This document shows positions 50,504 through 62,939 of a stretch of DNA of 64,000 nt, in pieces (the stretch's first letter is position 1; every line of letters begins with the position of its first letter). Position numbers and translations under genes: made by a program. Below the pieces are notes generated by a model. That model was not told the origin of the DNA, made no database searches, and saw only the letters and a list, made by a program, of their open reading frames with translations. This DNA comes from Eledone cirrhosa (taxonomy: Eukaryota): NCBI GenBank assembly GCA_964016885.1, contig OZ024745.1, forward strand, positions 19,034,001-19,098,000, given 5' to 3'.

Positions 50504-50580
50504 GCAGTTGACAATGATTCAGGTAACTTTGGTACAGATGGTATCCTGTATGTCTCTTTGAAAGGATTAGGCGACCAACT
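50504..50580 (+). CDS. Cadherin exon 13 (AVDNDSGNFGTDGILYVSLKGLGDQL)
   Basis: tatag acceptor, gtgagt donor; AxDxDSGxFG motif; phase 0/2 matches exon 14. Confidence 0.9.
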
Positions 50581-51599
50581 GTGAGTAGATTTCTTCCTTC
50601 TAACATATCAAATATATATATCATCTTCATCATTGTTTTTACATCTGCTTTTCCAGCTTGCATATATATTTATATAACTACCACTTTTCCATGCTTTCCT
50701 TTTATCTCTTCTTCTCACTTCCTTCCACTCCCTCTCCTCTTCTTTTTTCTTGTTCTTCTTTCGCTTACCCTGAGGCACCCCATCGGGTTTTTGTAGCCTC
50801 AGTACCTCCACCCCCATGAAATCTATATAGCATTGGCTGAAAACACAACACCAGCTAAAAATATAGCAGCTGCTTTCTTTTTTAGGGGGTTGCATCGTTA
50901 TAGATATTTTATCGTTATGAGATGTAGCCCCAGGGTACTGAATTAGATATATTTTATTAATTCTTGTTTTAGACTCTAGTTTTTTAATTTTATAATTTCC
51001 CATCTTCCGATTCCTGTATAATTCTTTTTTCACTTGCATTTTAGCCAGCCTACGTCACCCACACTCCTTAGAAATTGCTGTATAGAATTTACTTTTAATG
51101 CTTGACCAGCTTCACCCACTCCCTCTTTGTTCTACAGGCAAGTTCAGCTACCCCCAACCCCTACCCGCCACCATGAAAGATTTAACTGTGTTTACAAGGA
51201 ACTTCGACCACTCCTTTTGATAACTACAACCTTCAGAAATGCTTGATTATTGCATGCCCATATATGGAATTACCCCTTGAAGAGTTCAGCTATATCTACA
51301 CCATGCTAAAAATTTAATTTAGTCCAGAAATAGCCATCGACACGGCTTGAGCTCTGCCGTCAGGGTCCTGACTTTTTTCTTATTACCCACTCTACTACCC
51401 AAAGTATTGAGTACTCTGGTGCATTATGGTCCACCTGGTTCATTACCACAGTTCCTTCGTATATATAACTGCCAATTTTCCATGGTTGTATATATATATA
51501 TAGTTGCCACTTTTTTACAGAAGACCAACTCTTCAATGTTGTGCTGAATGGCCATGAACACACAAATGTCTCTACAAACCTGCCCTGACCCCACATACT

Positions 51600-52900
51600 G
51601 TTTTATAAATATAACACACGAGGCTCTCAGACAGTCCTGAATGCAACTTCCTCTTTCTGCACTCTCATGTGCTGCTTGAGTCCAGCAGCAGACCTACAGG
51701 CTTTGTTGCAAAACTGACATAAATACCCCCACAGGCCTTTCAGGGAGAACACCAACATCATGGACCCCAGACTGCTGATTGCTGGGAGCTCTTAAATGAC
51801 TAGAAAGCCTGGTTTGAAAAAGAACAACATTTGCACAAATATTACAGACATGCTCTGAACGAATATCTTCCAGGACTGAGTCAATATCACTTTTCCTGAG
51901 AGTTGTTTTAAACATCAAACGTTCCATTCTTTTGACCTCAAAACAATCACAACCATCATAAACCAGACTTTTTCAACCAAATCTACTCTCTGCCTCATCT
52001 TCCAAATCCTAAACACTAATGCCAAGTGTCTTTAGGTTGCCTTTGACAACATCCATGAAATGTTTCTTGGGTTTGTGTCTTTGGATATTTACCAAGGGTT
52101 AACTCTCTAAACCAAACTTTCTTCGGCAACCCCTCATCTCCCATCTGCCTTAAATGCTCTGCCCAATACAGTTGGTTTCAAATGAATAGTTTTTCTAAGC
52201 TGGATATATTGGCCCACTGCCGAACAACAGTATCGGTGTAAATGATTGCCTTTTAACATTCAAAATATGCCTTAGGTGTTTTTGATGAAATCTTTCCAAT
52301 GTCTTGATATGATGTCAGTATGTTGTCCAAGTCTCAAAAGAGTACAAGAGAGCAGTCAAGACACAGGATTGGTAGACACTTATCTTAGTGCCAAACAAAA
52401 TGCCTCAGTTCAACCAGACCTGTCCCTCCAACCTACCATATGCTTTGCTGGCTTTTTAAATCCTTAGTTTGATTTCAGAGTCCAATGAACCATCTCTGGA
52501 GAGAGCACTACTAAGGTAGACAAATGTATCAACAACCTTCAGCTTCTGACCCTGAACAAAGATGTTAGGCTCGGCATAATGTTGCTCAGGAGCTGGTGTG
52601 TACATGACCTTGGTCTTTTCTATGTTGATAGTAAGCCCAAAAGCAGTGCATGTCCCAGAAAACAGGTTCATGATTGTCTGCATGTCTTCCTTTGTATGAG
52701 CAACAAGGTCATCATCATCAACATAGATGATGACAGACAGGAAAGTCTTTGATTTGGCCTTAAAGTGTGTCAAGTTAAAAACCTTACCCATGGTCCTGAA
52801 ATGCATACATGAGAGTCACAGCAAAGAAGATTGAGAACAGAGTTGATGCTGAGATGTCTCCTTGCTTATCCCCATTGTCGATGGATATGTGTTCAGACAA
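51600..52900 (-). mobile_element. Degenerate BovB-like RTE fragment with C-terminal C2H2-like finger
   Basis: GKVFNL..FKAKSKT, YVDD..LVAH, FGLTINIEKTKVM, VDTFVYL, and CNIC...LSSHLRA. Confidence 0.8.
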
Positions 52901-53302
52901 CCATTGAAGTTAATCAGACTTCCATAGAGTCTTGAGGTACTGGTTATGCTGTAGCCTATACCTCTTGTCTACGGGGAATGACACTCACATATCAGACCAG
53001 AGTACATTTGCTAGCATGAGTCATGATAGTCATATTTTCCTTTTTATCACAGTTATTATTGTTGCTATTGCTTAGTTAATTCTATATATCTTGTTTGTTT
53101 TTTTCTTTCTCACAAACCAACACATAAATATACACAACACATTCACATACACATATGCACATGCATACATACATAACATTCACACATGATGTACATGCAT
53201 ATATATACACATATTTCTATACTTACATACATACATACATACATAACATACACACATGATGTACATGCATATATATATATATATATACACATATTTCTAT
53301 AC

Positions 53303-53333
<31 letters not shown>

Positions 53334-53391
53334 CATACATACATACATACATACATACATACATACATACCACATATTTGCACATATCCAG

Positions 53392-53668
53392 CTTCTCGCT
53401 AAACTCACAAACAGGTGAAATAACCCTAAGAGATTGTAACACTCTAGGGAAAAGTCCATGTCTCGACTACGAAGTGAAACAACAATACAATTTTACAGTG
53501 CTCATTGCGGATAATAAAAATGACCCCATTAACTCCCAGAAGAGACAAATAAATCTGATCATCAACATAGAGGACACCAATGATAATATGCCTGTATTCT
53601 CCGAAACCGAGTATTGGACTAAAATTCTGGAAGGAACGACTAAACCACAAGATAATGTTCTTAGCAAC
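53392..53668 (+). CDS. Cadherin exon 14 (FSLNSQTGEI...PCLDYE...EDTNDNMPVF...VLSN)
   Basis: tccag acceptor, gtaagt donor; phase 2/0; LDYE and DTNDNxP. Confidence 0.95.
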
Positions 53669-55559
53669 GTAAGTCTTAACAGTTTCTTCTCAAATATAAG
53701 TTAGATGCAGAGTTGTGTGGTTAAGAAATTGTGCTTTTGAATCATGAGATTCTTGCTCCCTCCTTCTTACTGAACAACACTTTGAGAAAGGGTCTTCAAC
53801 AATAGCTTTGAGTGGACCCTGGGAAAGTAATTGGGTAAATGGAAACTGAAGAAGTCCATAGTTTATGTGCATGTGTGTGTGTTTATATTTGTGTTGATGT
53901 CTTTGTTTATGTTCCATAACTCAGGGATTCAACAAAAATTATCAAAATAGGTACCAAACTGGGGTCAGTAGGATTTAATAAATCACTTTAAGGCAGTGCT
54001 CAACATAACCACAATAAGTACCCCAGCATGGGCTCAGTCTGACTGAAACCAGTGAGTAAATAAAATAAATTTAAAAAATTAAGAAAGACATGAGTGTCAC
54101 AGAATCTCATTGAAACTAATTATACCTTATATACATATGATGTGTTGTTTCCTTGAGCAAGACACTTTATTTCACATTGCTCCAGTTTACTCAGCTGTAG
54201 AAATGAGGTGATAGGGACTGGAGCCCCTATAATACCACTGCAAAGTGGTTGTGGAGGTGCCATGGCAAAAAAGCACCCAGCACTCACTGTAAATGAGGTT
54301 GGTGTTAGGAAGGGCACCCAGCTGTAAAAATCAAGCCAGAATCAGTTCCCGTCCCACCCTTGCAAGCAGGGAAAAAGCGGACGTAAAATGAAATGATGAT
54401 GATACATATATATATATATATATTATTGTAGACAACATATACCAAGCTTTATTTGACCCAAGGCACTTTCATAAGTTGCCACAGAATGCGATTGAACCTG
54501 AGATCTCAAGATTCTGAAGTGAACGTCCTAATCACTCAAATATGCCTGCATCTACATCAATAAAGTTTATTATATGTCCAACCCATACCAGCATGTAAAA
54601 ACGGTGGTTATACTGAGTGTATATTTTCATACAACAACCTATTGTCAATACCATCATTGTTTAATGTGTGCTTTCCCTGCTAGCAAAGGTTGGACAGATC
54701 TACATAGAGTATGTCAGTAGTGAAGTAGGGCTAGTGAGCTCCCAGACAAGTCGGTAGGTGTGGGGGGGGGGGTCTACATCACACTTACATACAGTCTTAT
54801 GTTCTATTGATTGCACAGGGGAGGTTATGTCTTTTGATACAAACTGAAGGGTCCTCTCTACACATTTTTTGGTAAGCTTTCTATGGCTTGATGCTCTTCC
54901 TATCTTTTAAAGGCCTCCATCAGTCACTAATGACCATGGTTTTCCACCCAGAAAGTTTTCCTCTGAGGCACAAGCCTGGGCAAGGTTTGTTTGTGGAAGA
55001 CCAGCAGTCGCCCATGCATACCAGCCTCCTCTCTCCATACCACCAATATTGTCTAAGGGAAAGGCAATGACTGATACAGCTTGGCACCAGTGACTTCACA
55101 ACTCATTTCTACAGCTCAGAAAACTGGAGCAATGTGAAATAAAGTGTCTTGCTCAAGGACACATCACATCAACCAGTCCGAGAATCAAACCACAACCTCT
55201 CAATTGCAAGCCCAAAGCCCTCACCACTAAGCCAATTGCCTTCACTATCACCAACCACGTTACAGCATGTACTGGATGCATTTATCAAGTAGATCACCAA
55301 CACTAGGGAGATTGTCATTTCAATGACATAACTGAATGGTCCCCCAATAACATATTGTCATATATTAATGTTCTAAGACATATTATCTACAATAATATGC
55401 AATATATGGTTGATATTCCAATTTACAGTGCATAAATAATGAACCACCATTTTTTTTATTAAGTGTTGTCAGTACACACACACATATATAAATGGGCTTC
55501 TACACAGTTTCTGTCTACCAAATTTCACTCACAAGGGATGGCTCAGTCTTTGAGAATAG

Positions 55560-55950
55560 TAGAAGGCACTCAGGTGACTGGCCAGTTTCTTAGAATTTAT
55601 GTTGCAAATAGTTAGTTCATTTGCATCACAGAATTCTAGATGTCTTGCTCCCCACTTCATTTCTTGGGCCATAACCATATCCACAGAGTACTCTAGTGTA
55701 TCCATCTTGGTACTGCCCAACATGTCCATTGAAATTGCCAGTTAGAATGACCTTATCTATCCACTTCTCAGTTATTAGAATACCTACTCCACCTTCTCTA
55801 TTGTCATTACCTACCCACAAAAGCTTGTATCTGTGTTGTTTGCCTGTGAGGCACCTCTCCATCTTACCACTTGGACACAGCATACATCTACTCATCCCCT
55901 CTCAAGTATTTCAACAATTTCTCCAGATCTTTCAGAGTGCCCACATTGAG
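55560..55950 (-). mobile_element. Degenerate APE endonuclease fragment of the RTE family
   Basis: YKLLWVGNDN.EGGVGILI.EKW.DK, GNFNGHVGQ, LEFCDANELTICN. Confidence 0.8.
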
Positions 55951-57113
55951 AGTGGCTGCCTTGAGATGTTTTAGCTGACAGTGGTGGTTAGGTTATCGTC
56001 TCTACCTGAAAAGGAATATAGGCATATGATTGCTTGGTGACAATCAAAGAGTTCTCATACATGGTTAGGTTAGCCACCCCACTAGTTGTATTATTCCTAA
56101 GTAATATAATAAATATATATATACTGTAAATGTGGTTGATGTGAGGAATGGCATACAGCTGTAAAAATTACTGCCATATTTACAGTTCCGTCTGAGCAAC
56201 GTACGGTGCAGCCAATCTGGCCAGACTTATCTCCTGATGTGGATGACCCATCTAACCCATGCAAGCATGGAAAATGAACGCTAAATGATGATGAGGATGT
56301 ATGTGTGTGAGACATATATACTAATGTAGTAAAATTATACTGGGTGTCCCCAAAAATGCATACATACCTTGAATGGTGATAAAAACAATGTTTATATAGA
56401 ATATTAAAGTTTTTATTATTCAAAACAAAGTAGACAAGCTTAAAATATTTTTAGTCATGGCAGGTGTTCAAAATAATGACTGTTCTGGTCCAGGTACTGC
56501 TGATAAAAGATTGATGGAATTGATGACTTCATGAATCATTTCATTTCGCATAATCCCTTTCAATCCCATTTCACCAGATACCACTCACAAAATTCAACAC
56601 TTTGGTCCTTATCATCTTTATTGAAGGCATAGACTAGTGTTGGAATGTATATATAAACATTGTTTTTATCATCATTCAAACAATATACTGTATGCAACAT
56701 CTCCCATTGTCTTATTAAGTGTGTGTGTTTTTTAGTGTGTGTGTGCGTTGATTTTCTCTCTCTATCAATCACTGCCTCCATCTCTTTCAATCTCCCCACC
56801 TCTCACTATTAAAAGCAAACGGGAGCCCACGAGCTGGCTGCCCTGTGGCCTCAGTGGACATAATAGAGAAGGCATTTCCCCAGAGGATGGTGGTGAGAAA
56901 GACTCATTGGAAGAGCCATTCCAGCTTGTGAGGCTCACACATGTGGGTAGCCAACTCAGTGCCAATGGTGGTGAATAGGGAGGTGGTCCAAGAGCCAAGG
57001 ACACAAGAAGTCTCCACTCATTCAAACTGTATATACATTATTGGCGGGTGGGACACTGTATTTAAATAAAGCAAATCATCACCCAAAATTCTTTCTTCTA
57101 TTTTATCATTCAG

Positions 57114-57259
57114 AAAGTCACTGATCCAGACACTAAGGGTACCTTAAAGTTTTCTATAGTAAAGCAGAATGTGAATGGACTGTTTGCGATAAACTCGCAG
57201 ACTGGCAGTCTGACAGCAACACAGCCGGTCACACTTAAAGATATAGGAAGCAACAATTT
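57114..57259 (+). CDS. Cadherin exon 15 (KVTDPDTKG...LFAINSQTGSL...IGSNN)
   Basis: attcag acceptor, gtaagt donor; DPD and FxIxxxTG; phase 0/2. Not in the ORF track. Confidence 0.92.
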
Positions 57260-57934
57260 GTAAGTTATTGTCAATTATTTCTTTGCAATATCATGGTAGT
57301 GGATTAGAAGTATTGGTGGAGCATCAGACAACATGTTTTATAGCATAGAGTTACGGCCCTTTACGATCTGAGTTCAAATCCTGCCGGGGTTAGCTTTGCC
57401 TTTCATCCTTACAGGGGCGATAAAATAAAGTACCAGTAATGCACTGGGGTCAATTTAATCAACTTTCCCCTTCCCAAAAATTGTTAGCCTTGTGTCTAAA
57501 TCAGAAACCAATATTATGTTCATTTTGCAATTTATTTATTTAATCAATTTAAATGTCTGGTAAGAACTAGTAAGCTATGACTACGGGAAGTATCTGGTTC
57601 ATTCTACAGTTGAGAAACAAAAACAAGATATATAGAGAGAAGCGAATGTAACAATAAAAATAAAATTAAAAAATAAAATAAAATAAATTCAAATAGGGAG
57701 ACAAAATAAGCATTAAAATAAAAGAAAGAAAAAATGGGAAGCCAGGGAATCTGTAACTTCCATGTAGTGAGAGATTTTGTTTATAGTTAGTAGAGCTTTT
57801 ACAAGAATGAATGACTATAAAATAATTAGAAAAACACTACAAATATTTAAGAACGGAAAAGGAATGGCTCTAGGGCCACGGAAGGGGGGGGGGGGGGGTG
57901 CAGTGGTTATGGGGCTGCGTCCCATGGACAAGAC

Positions 57935-58255
57935 TGTAAAAGCCAGTGATACCCGCTGCAACAGCCACCCCACCTCATGGGGCGCCTTCTTCAGACGAAC
58001 TGCTGATGTTCCAATCTTGCAGAGAAGCTCGAGAATACAGGGTCCAAGTACTCCAGAGGTCTCGATGGCAACCAGTGCAAAGAGAAAGCCACTGGACAAT
58101 CTCTGGTATTTGTTTGTTTTCCTTTCCTCTGCATTGTGGGCCACAGTACTGGGGTTTGTGGCCAAAGCAACTAAGTTAGAGGTGGAGAATGTATCACAAC
58201 ATATGGCATCCCTGATGAGGGTTCTACCTCCTTCGAATGGGAAGAGGGTGATTCT
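57935..58255 (-). mobile_element. CRE-clade non-LTR RLE fragment
   Basis: ITLFPFEGGRTLIRDAICCDTF...AEERKTNKY...AIETSGVLG...WLLQRVSLA. Confidence 0.75.
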
Positions 58256-58965
58256 TATTATTCTTATTATTGTGAGATAAGTTTTCAAATCAGGACATTT
58301 GTATATTGATAAAGTAAATGAAAGAGTTGTTAGATGGTAGAGAAAATGCCATACTGCATTAATTACACCAAGACCAACTTTGTCTTTCGTCTTTTCTGAA
58401 TCAAACAAATAAAGTAACAATTTAGAGCAGTGAATTGGTGTAATTCTTACATCTAATGAGATGGCTTGAAGTATCTTTCCCATTTCTTTGTGTTCTGACT
58501 TCAAATACTGCTAAGACCTACTTGGGTGACAGTCTAAATCCATTATGGATTTAACACCCTCAAATGACTTTTGGGTGCCAATAGCAGAGTTTATTTTGTT
58601 TCAACCTTTCTCCCTTCCTTTACAACAGTCCATAAATCTCTGAAAACAGTCACAGGAACTGCCATTCTAAAACTTTAAAGTCTGTCTGAAGCCGAGAGGT
58701 TCATCAGGCTGGTATTTATCCTGGTTTCCATAGCATGAAGTGATTGAAAGTACAAGGATTCCAGTCCATCATAGGGTTAAATCCCCAAATGAAGTGTTTT
58801 GCTCAAGAACAGAAAACACAACACAGTCCAGGAATCGAACCCATGACACAGGATCATAAGTCCAACACCCTTACCACTAAGCCACGTGCCTCCATTTCTA
58901 GTGTTATTGTGGGTTGAATGTATTTACAAATTTAGACATTTGTGCATTATTACCATTTCCCATGA

Positions 58966-59159
58966 GGGTGGTGGATTGGCAGTATTGGTAGAGCATTGGA
59001 CACCTTGCTTCATGTTACGGCCCTTTACGATCTAAGTTCAAATCCTGCTGAGGTTAACTTTGCCTTTCATCCTTATGGGGTCGATAAAATAAAATACCAG
59101 TAATGCATTTGGTCAATGCTGGCCTTGTGCCAAAAGTAGAAACAATTATTATTATTATT
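58966..59159 (+). mobile_element. Family A SINE whose (TAT)n tail hosts the Dong insertion
   Basis: A box, B box and core present; tail abuts the Dong 3' end. Confidence 0.88.
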
Positions 59160-62100
59160 CTTTGAGTCTCAGTCATTGATGTTAGTTAACTGGAAAGTTT
59201 GTTGAAATGAATATCAAGCCACTACCTGCAGCCTCAGATATTCAGGACGTATTGGAGGGTTCTTGCTGTTCCCAGCAAGCATGCCTTTTGAAGCATTCCA
59301 AAAAGCGTGAAGGGGCCAATTTTCTTTAACCATCCCTGGAAACTTTTTGAGATAGTCCCTAGTGCGCCTATGACAATCGGGATCACTTTGACTTCATGGC
59401 AGTTCCAAATCCTTTTTACCTCCCACTTTAAATCCTGGTATTGGTTAATTTTCTCCCTCTCCTTCTCTTGAACTCTTGTGTCGAATGGGCAGGCCACATC
59501 CACAATCAGGCACGATCTTTTTTCTTTGTCCACAACCACCAGGTCAGGTCTATTGTGTTCCAGTTTCTTGTCCGTCTGTATCCTAAAATCCCACAGCACC
59601 TTCACCTGATCGTTTCTATCACCGCCTCTGGCTTATGCTCATACCACTTCTCAGAATGTGGTAAATTGTTTACTTTGCATAGGTGCCAGTGGATCATCCT
59701 ACCCATCACATCATGTCTCCAGTCCTTATAGTGAGTCTGGGCTAGGTGTTTACACTCGGATACAATGTGAGCCACAGTCTCCTCTCTCTCTCCACAGATC
59801 CTGCACAGTGGGCTAGCCTCCTCCTTGTAAATATGGTGTTTCAATCACTTCGTTTTGAGGGCATGCTCCTGCGCAGCCATTAACATTCCTTCTGTAGCCT
59901 TTTTAAGGTCTCCTCTTTTCAACCAGTTCCATGTCTGTGGATCTCTAAATTCAGTTTTCTCAAAGAAGGTACTATGAAGGGATTTTTCCTGAAGGCTGCT
60001 CTTTCTCCTTGATGTTATTTCCTCCTTGGACATCCCCTGGCCTATTGTCCCCTCCTTCAGTACAGTTCTGAGCATTGGCTCCTTACTATCAGTCACGTAT
60101 TTGTGTAGGTTGTTTTTCTCCATCTGAACACAGTCCTCTATGCTGATAAGACCTCTTCCACCTTCAGATCTCCTTAAGTAGAGTCTATCGACATCACTCC
60201 TCTTGTGGAACATGTTGTAGATAGTCAATAGCTTCCTAGTCTTCCTATCCATTTCTTTTTGTTCAGCAACATTCCATCTCAGAATTCCCGCACTGGACCT
60301 AATAATAGACACAGCTCGGGAATTTACTGCACTTATGGCATTCCTACTGTTCAGATGTGACTTTAATACTCCTTACTCTCCGAATGTATTCAGTTCTTAT
60401 CAATTCCTTCATATTTTTGTTCTTGATGTCATCTGCCTCCAGAACGCCCAAATACTTGTATCCTTCTTCAGAGTCAATTTCCTTTATCATCTCACCTGTT
60501 GGTACCTGGATTCCGTTACTTCTGCTCAACTTACCCCTCTTCATCACAATGACTCCACACTTACTAATACCAAATTGCATACATATATCATTGCTGAAAA
60601 TACGGACAGTGTCAACAAGCACATCCAACTCCTTCTCACTCTTCCCGAAGAGCTTAAGATCATCCATGAAGAGGAGGTGATTGATGGTAAGCCCTCCCTT
60701 TCCCAACCTGTATCCTGCTCTCACTTTTCGCAGTACACTGATCAGGGGCATCAGGGCAAGGACAAACAACAGAGGGGACAGACTATCACCCTGGAAGATA
60801 CCACTCTTGATCTTCACGCTTCCCAAGGATTCTCCAGTTGATGTTAACTCTGTTTCCCAGGACTTCATACTTTTGCCCAACAACTGTCTGATGTTATCTG
60901 CCACCTTGAAGATCTCCAGGCTTTTGGTGATCCAAGAATGAGGTACCATGTCAAATGCCTTTTTATAGTCTATCCATCCCATGGCAAGACCAGTGTGTCT
61001 CCTCTTGCAATTCCTCATTACCATCTTATCAATAAGTAACTGGTCCTTTGTACCACGTGACTTCTTTCGGCATCCTTTCTGTTCGTCCGGTAACAAGTTG
61101 TTTGTGTGGAGGTGATGGTAGATTTCCTCAGATATAATGCTTGTCAACAGTTTCCACATTACGGACAGACATGTGATAGGTCTATAGTTGGTAACATCAT
61201 TACCTTTGATTCGGTCTTTCATTATCAGAACTGTGGTACCTTTTGTCAACCACTCTGGTACCTCACCTGACATCAAGCAGTCATTGAACATGGTTGTCAG
61301 TTTCAGGTGGAGGGATGTTATATTTTTAATCCAATACCCCTGCACACCATCTGGGCCTGGTGATTTCCAGTTGGTTAGTTTTTTGGCCTGCCCCTTAAGA
61401 GTTTCAACTGTGATACTCAAATCAGTTTGTTGGTGTGCCTGTTCACTAATCTCCTTCTGTACTGTCTCAATCCACACTGCCTGGTCATTATGTTTAACAT
61501 CCTGCTCCCATATTCCTCTCCAGAATGTTTTAGTTTGTTCCTCCTCAGGGATCAAGTCGTTGCCTCTTTCTTTCCCTTCAAGCTGTCCAAACAGCATCTT
61601 CTGGTTGTTGTCAAACATGCGGTTCTGTCTATACTGACTGACTCTGTTCTCGTATCGCCTGATTTTTGCACTCTTTGCTACAATGCGTTGCTTCAGTTCC
61701 TCTATGATAATATTTAGCTTTTTCCTCCTAGTTTTGTACTTTATTTCCAGTCTATTTTTGGTGTCTATGTTTTTTAGTGTCCCATTCAGTAGGGACTCAA
61801 GCTTTCCAATGTCATTTCTCATTTCCCTGATTTGACCACTCAGTCGTTTCTTCCACCAAGGCTCTCCTCTTTCTTGTCTGTTGTTTCCTCTCGCTTTTAT
61901 ACCAAGTAGTTTCCTCACCGTATTTGCTGTTGCTTTGAGGATATTGTTGCACTGGTGAAGGCTCCTCGCCTCAAGGTATGGGATGACTTTGTTTACCTTA
62001 GCTGTTGTTTCTTTTAACTTTTTCCTGTCTACAAATCTTAGGTTCATAGGTCTCCCACTATCATTGTTCAATTCATCTACCACTAAGTTTAGGATATCAA

Positions 62101-62732
62101 CCAAATCTTGCCCTAGCCCATCAGCATTCATCTCCTCAGTGACCGTATCTCTGTTCCAGGTATTATTTATCTCAGCATTCAGATCATTGTCTGCTTCGGG
62201 TGGTTCCTCCATTCTCTTGACCTCTTCACCTTCATTTCCCACTGGCTCGTTTGCCTGGCATACTCCACCCTCCATCTCCAAGCTAATCTCTCTGCTCAGT
62301 TCCTCCAGTTCCAGCTCGCTTATCCACCCATTAGTTCTTATTACCCAAGCCTGCCCGGCCAATTTTTGTTCATCTAATTGAAATAGACCAATCTCGTTCC
62401 AGATGTTATGCATCCGTTTCCTATAGCCTTTCTCCTTGGGGTTACTCTTCAGGTAACATTGCATAACAGTTCTATTCAATTCTTTCGTACAGTTGGTTCT
62501 GGTCCCTTTCCTTCTTCTTCCTCCAGCAGTATTTGGTTGACAGCCAGGTCCCTGCTGCTGAGCCAGGGAGCACCTGTTGGGTGAGAGTCTGTCACATGAC
62601 ATTCTAGTCTCCATTTCACCGTTATTCGAACTGTTTAGGTTCGACATTTAAACACACTTATCGAGGATTGGCAAATGTATGGTTACATAACCACCGGTGA
62701 ATTCATCGCCTTCGGTAGTTTTGACACTCCAC
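59160..62732 (-). mobile_element. Full-length Dong/R4-clade non-LTR retrotransposon (RT, CCHC, RLE), disabled
   Basis: KSPGPDG, YRPITCL, EQKG, WIDYKKAFD, GIFQGDSLSP, LFMDD, YKYLG; CRIC..H..EC..RHD; NRPDL..VDVACP..EK. (TAT)n on both sides. Confidence 0.93.
59234..62647 (-). pseudogene. Dong ORF broken by two frameshifts (about 60372 and 59610) and one nonsense codon (59845-59847)
   Basis: Four consecutive ORF pieces; lesions located by comparison with the copy at 45236-46511. Confidence 0.85.
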
Positions 62733-62825
<93 letters not shown>

Positions 62826-62842
62826 ATTATTATTATTTCTAG

Positions 62843-62912
62843 TATCGATGTTGAAGTGTCTGTTAGTGATGGAGTTAAATCTGCCAAAGCAATTGTGCAT
62901 ATTGAAGTTCTT
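62843..62912 (+). CDS. Cadherin exon 16 (FIDVEVSVSDGVKSAKAIVHIEVL)
   Basis: tttctag acceptor, gtaagt donor; phase 2/0; VxVSDG..VxIxV. Confidence 0.92.
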
Positions 62913-62939
62913 GTAAGTATATTTCACTGAAGAACCGGT

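Larger units (their letters stand above)
4682..62912 (+). other. Cad87A: Cadherin gene span (Cad87A-like), partial; 16 coding exons, EC1-EC6
   Basis: Hand-spliced exons join in frame with GT-AG ends. Cadherin motifs DxD, LDYE/LDRE and DxNDNxP recur six times. N-terminal DLPPKF, the EC2 Cys pair (VRCEPG..EDCETF) and the EC5 loop DCNTLGKSPCLDYE recall Cad87A-type cadherins (from memory, not searched). Confidence 0.75.

Noticed and set aside
4682-62912. Member of the expanded cephalopod protocadherin family
   Set aside because: Those typically encode the ectodomain in one or few large exons; this gene has many small exons and Cad87A-like Cys loops.
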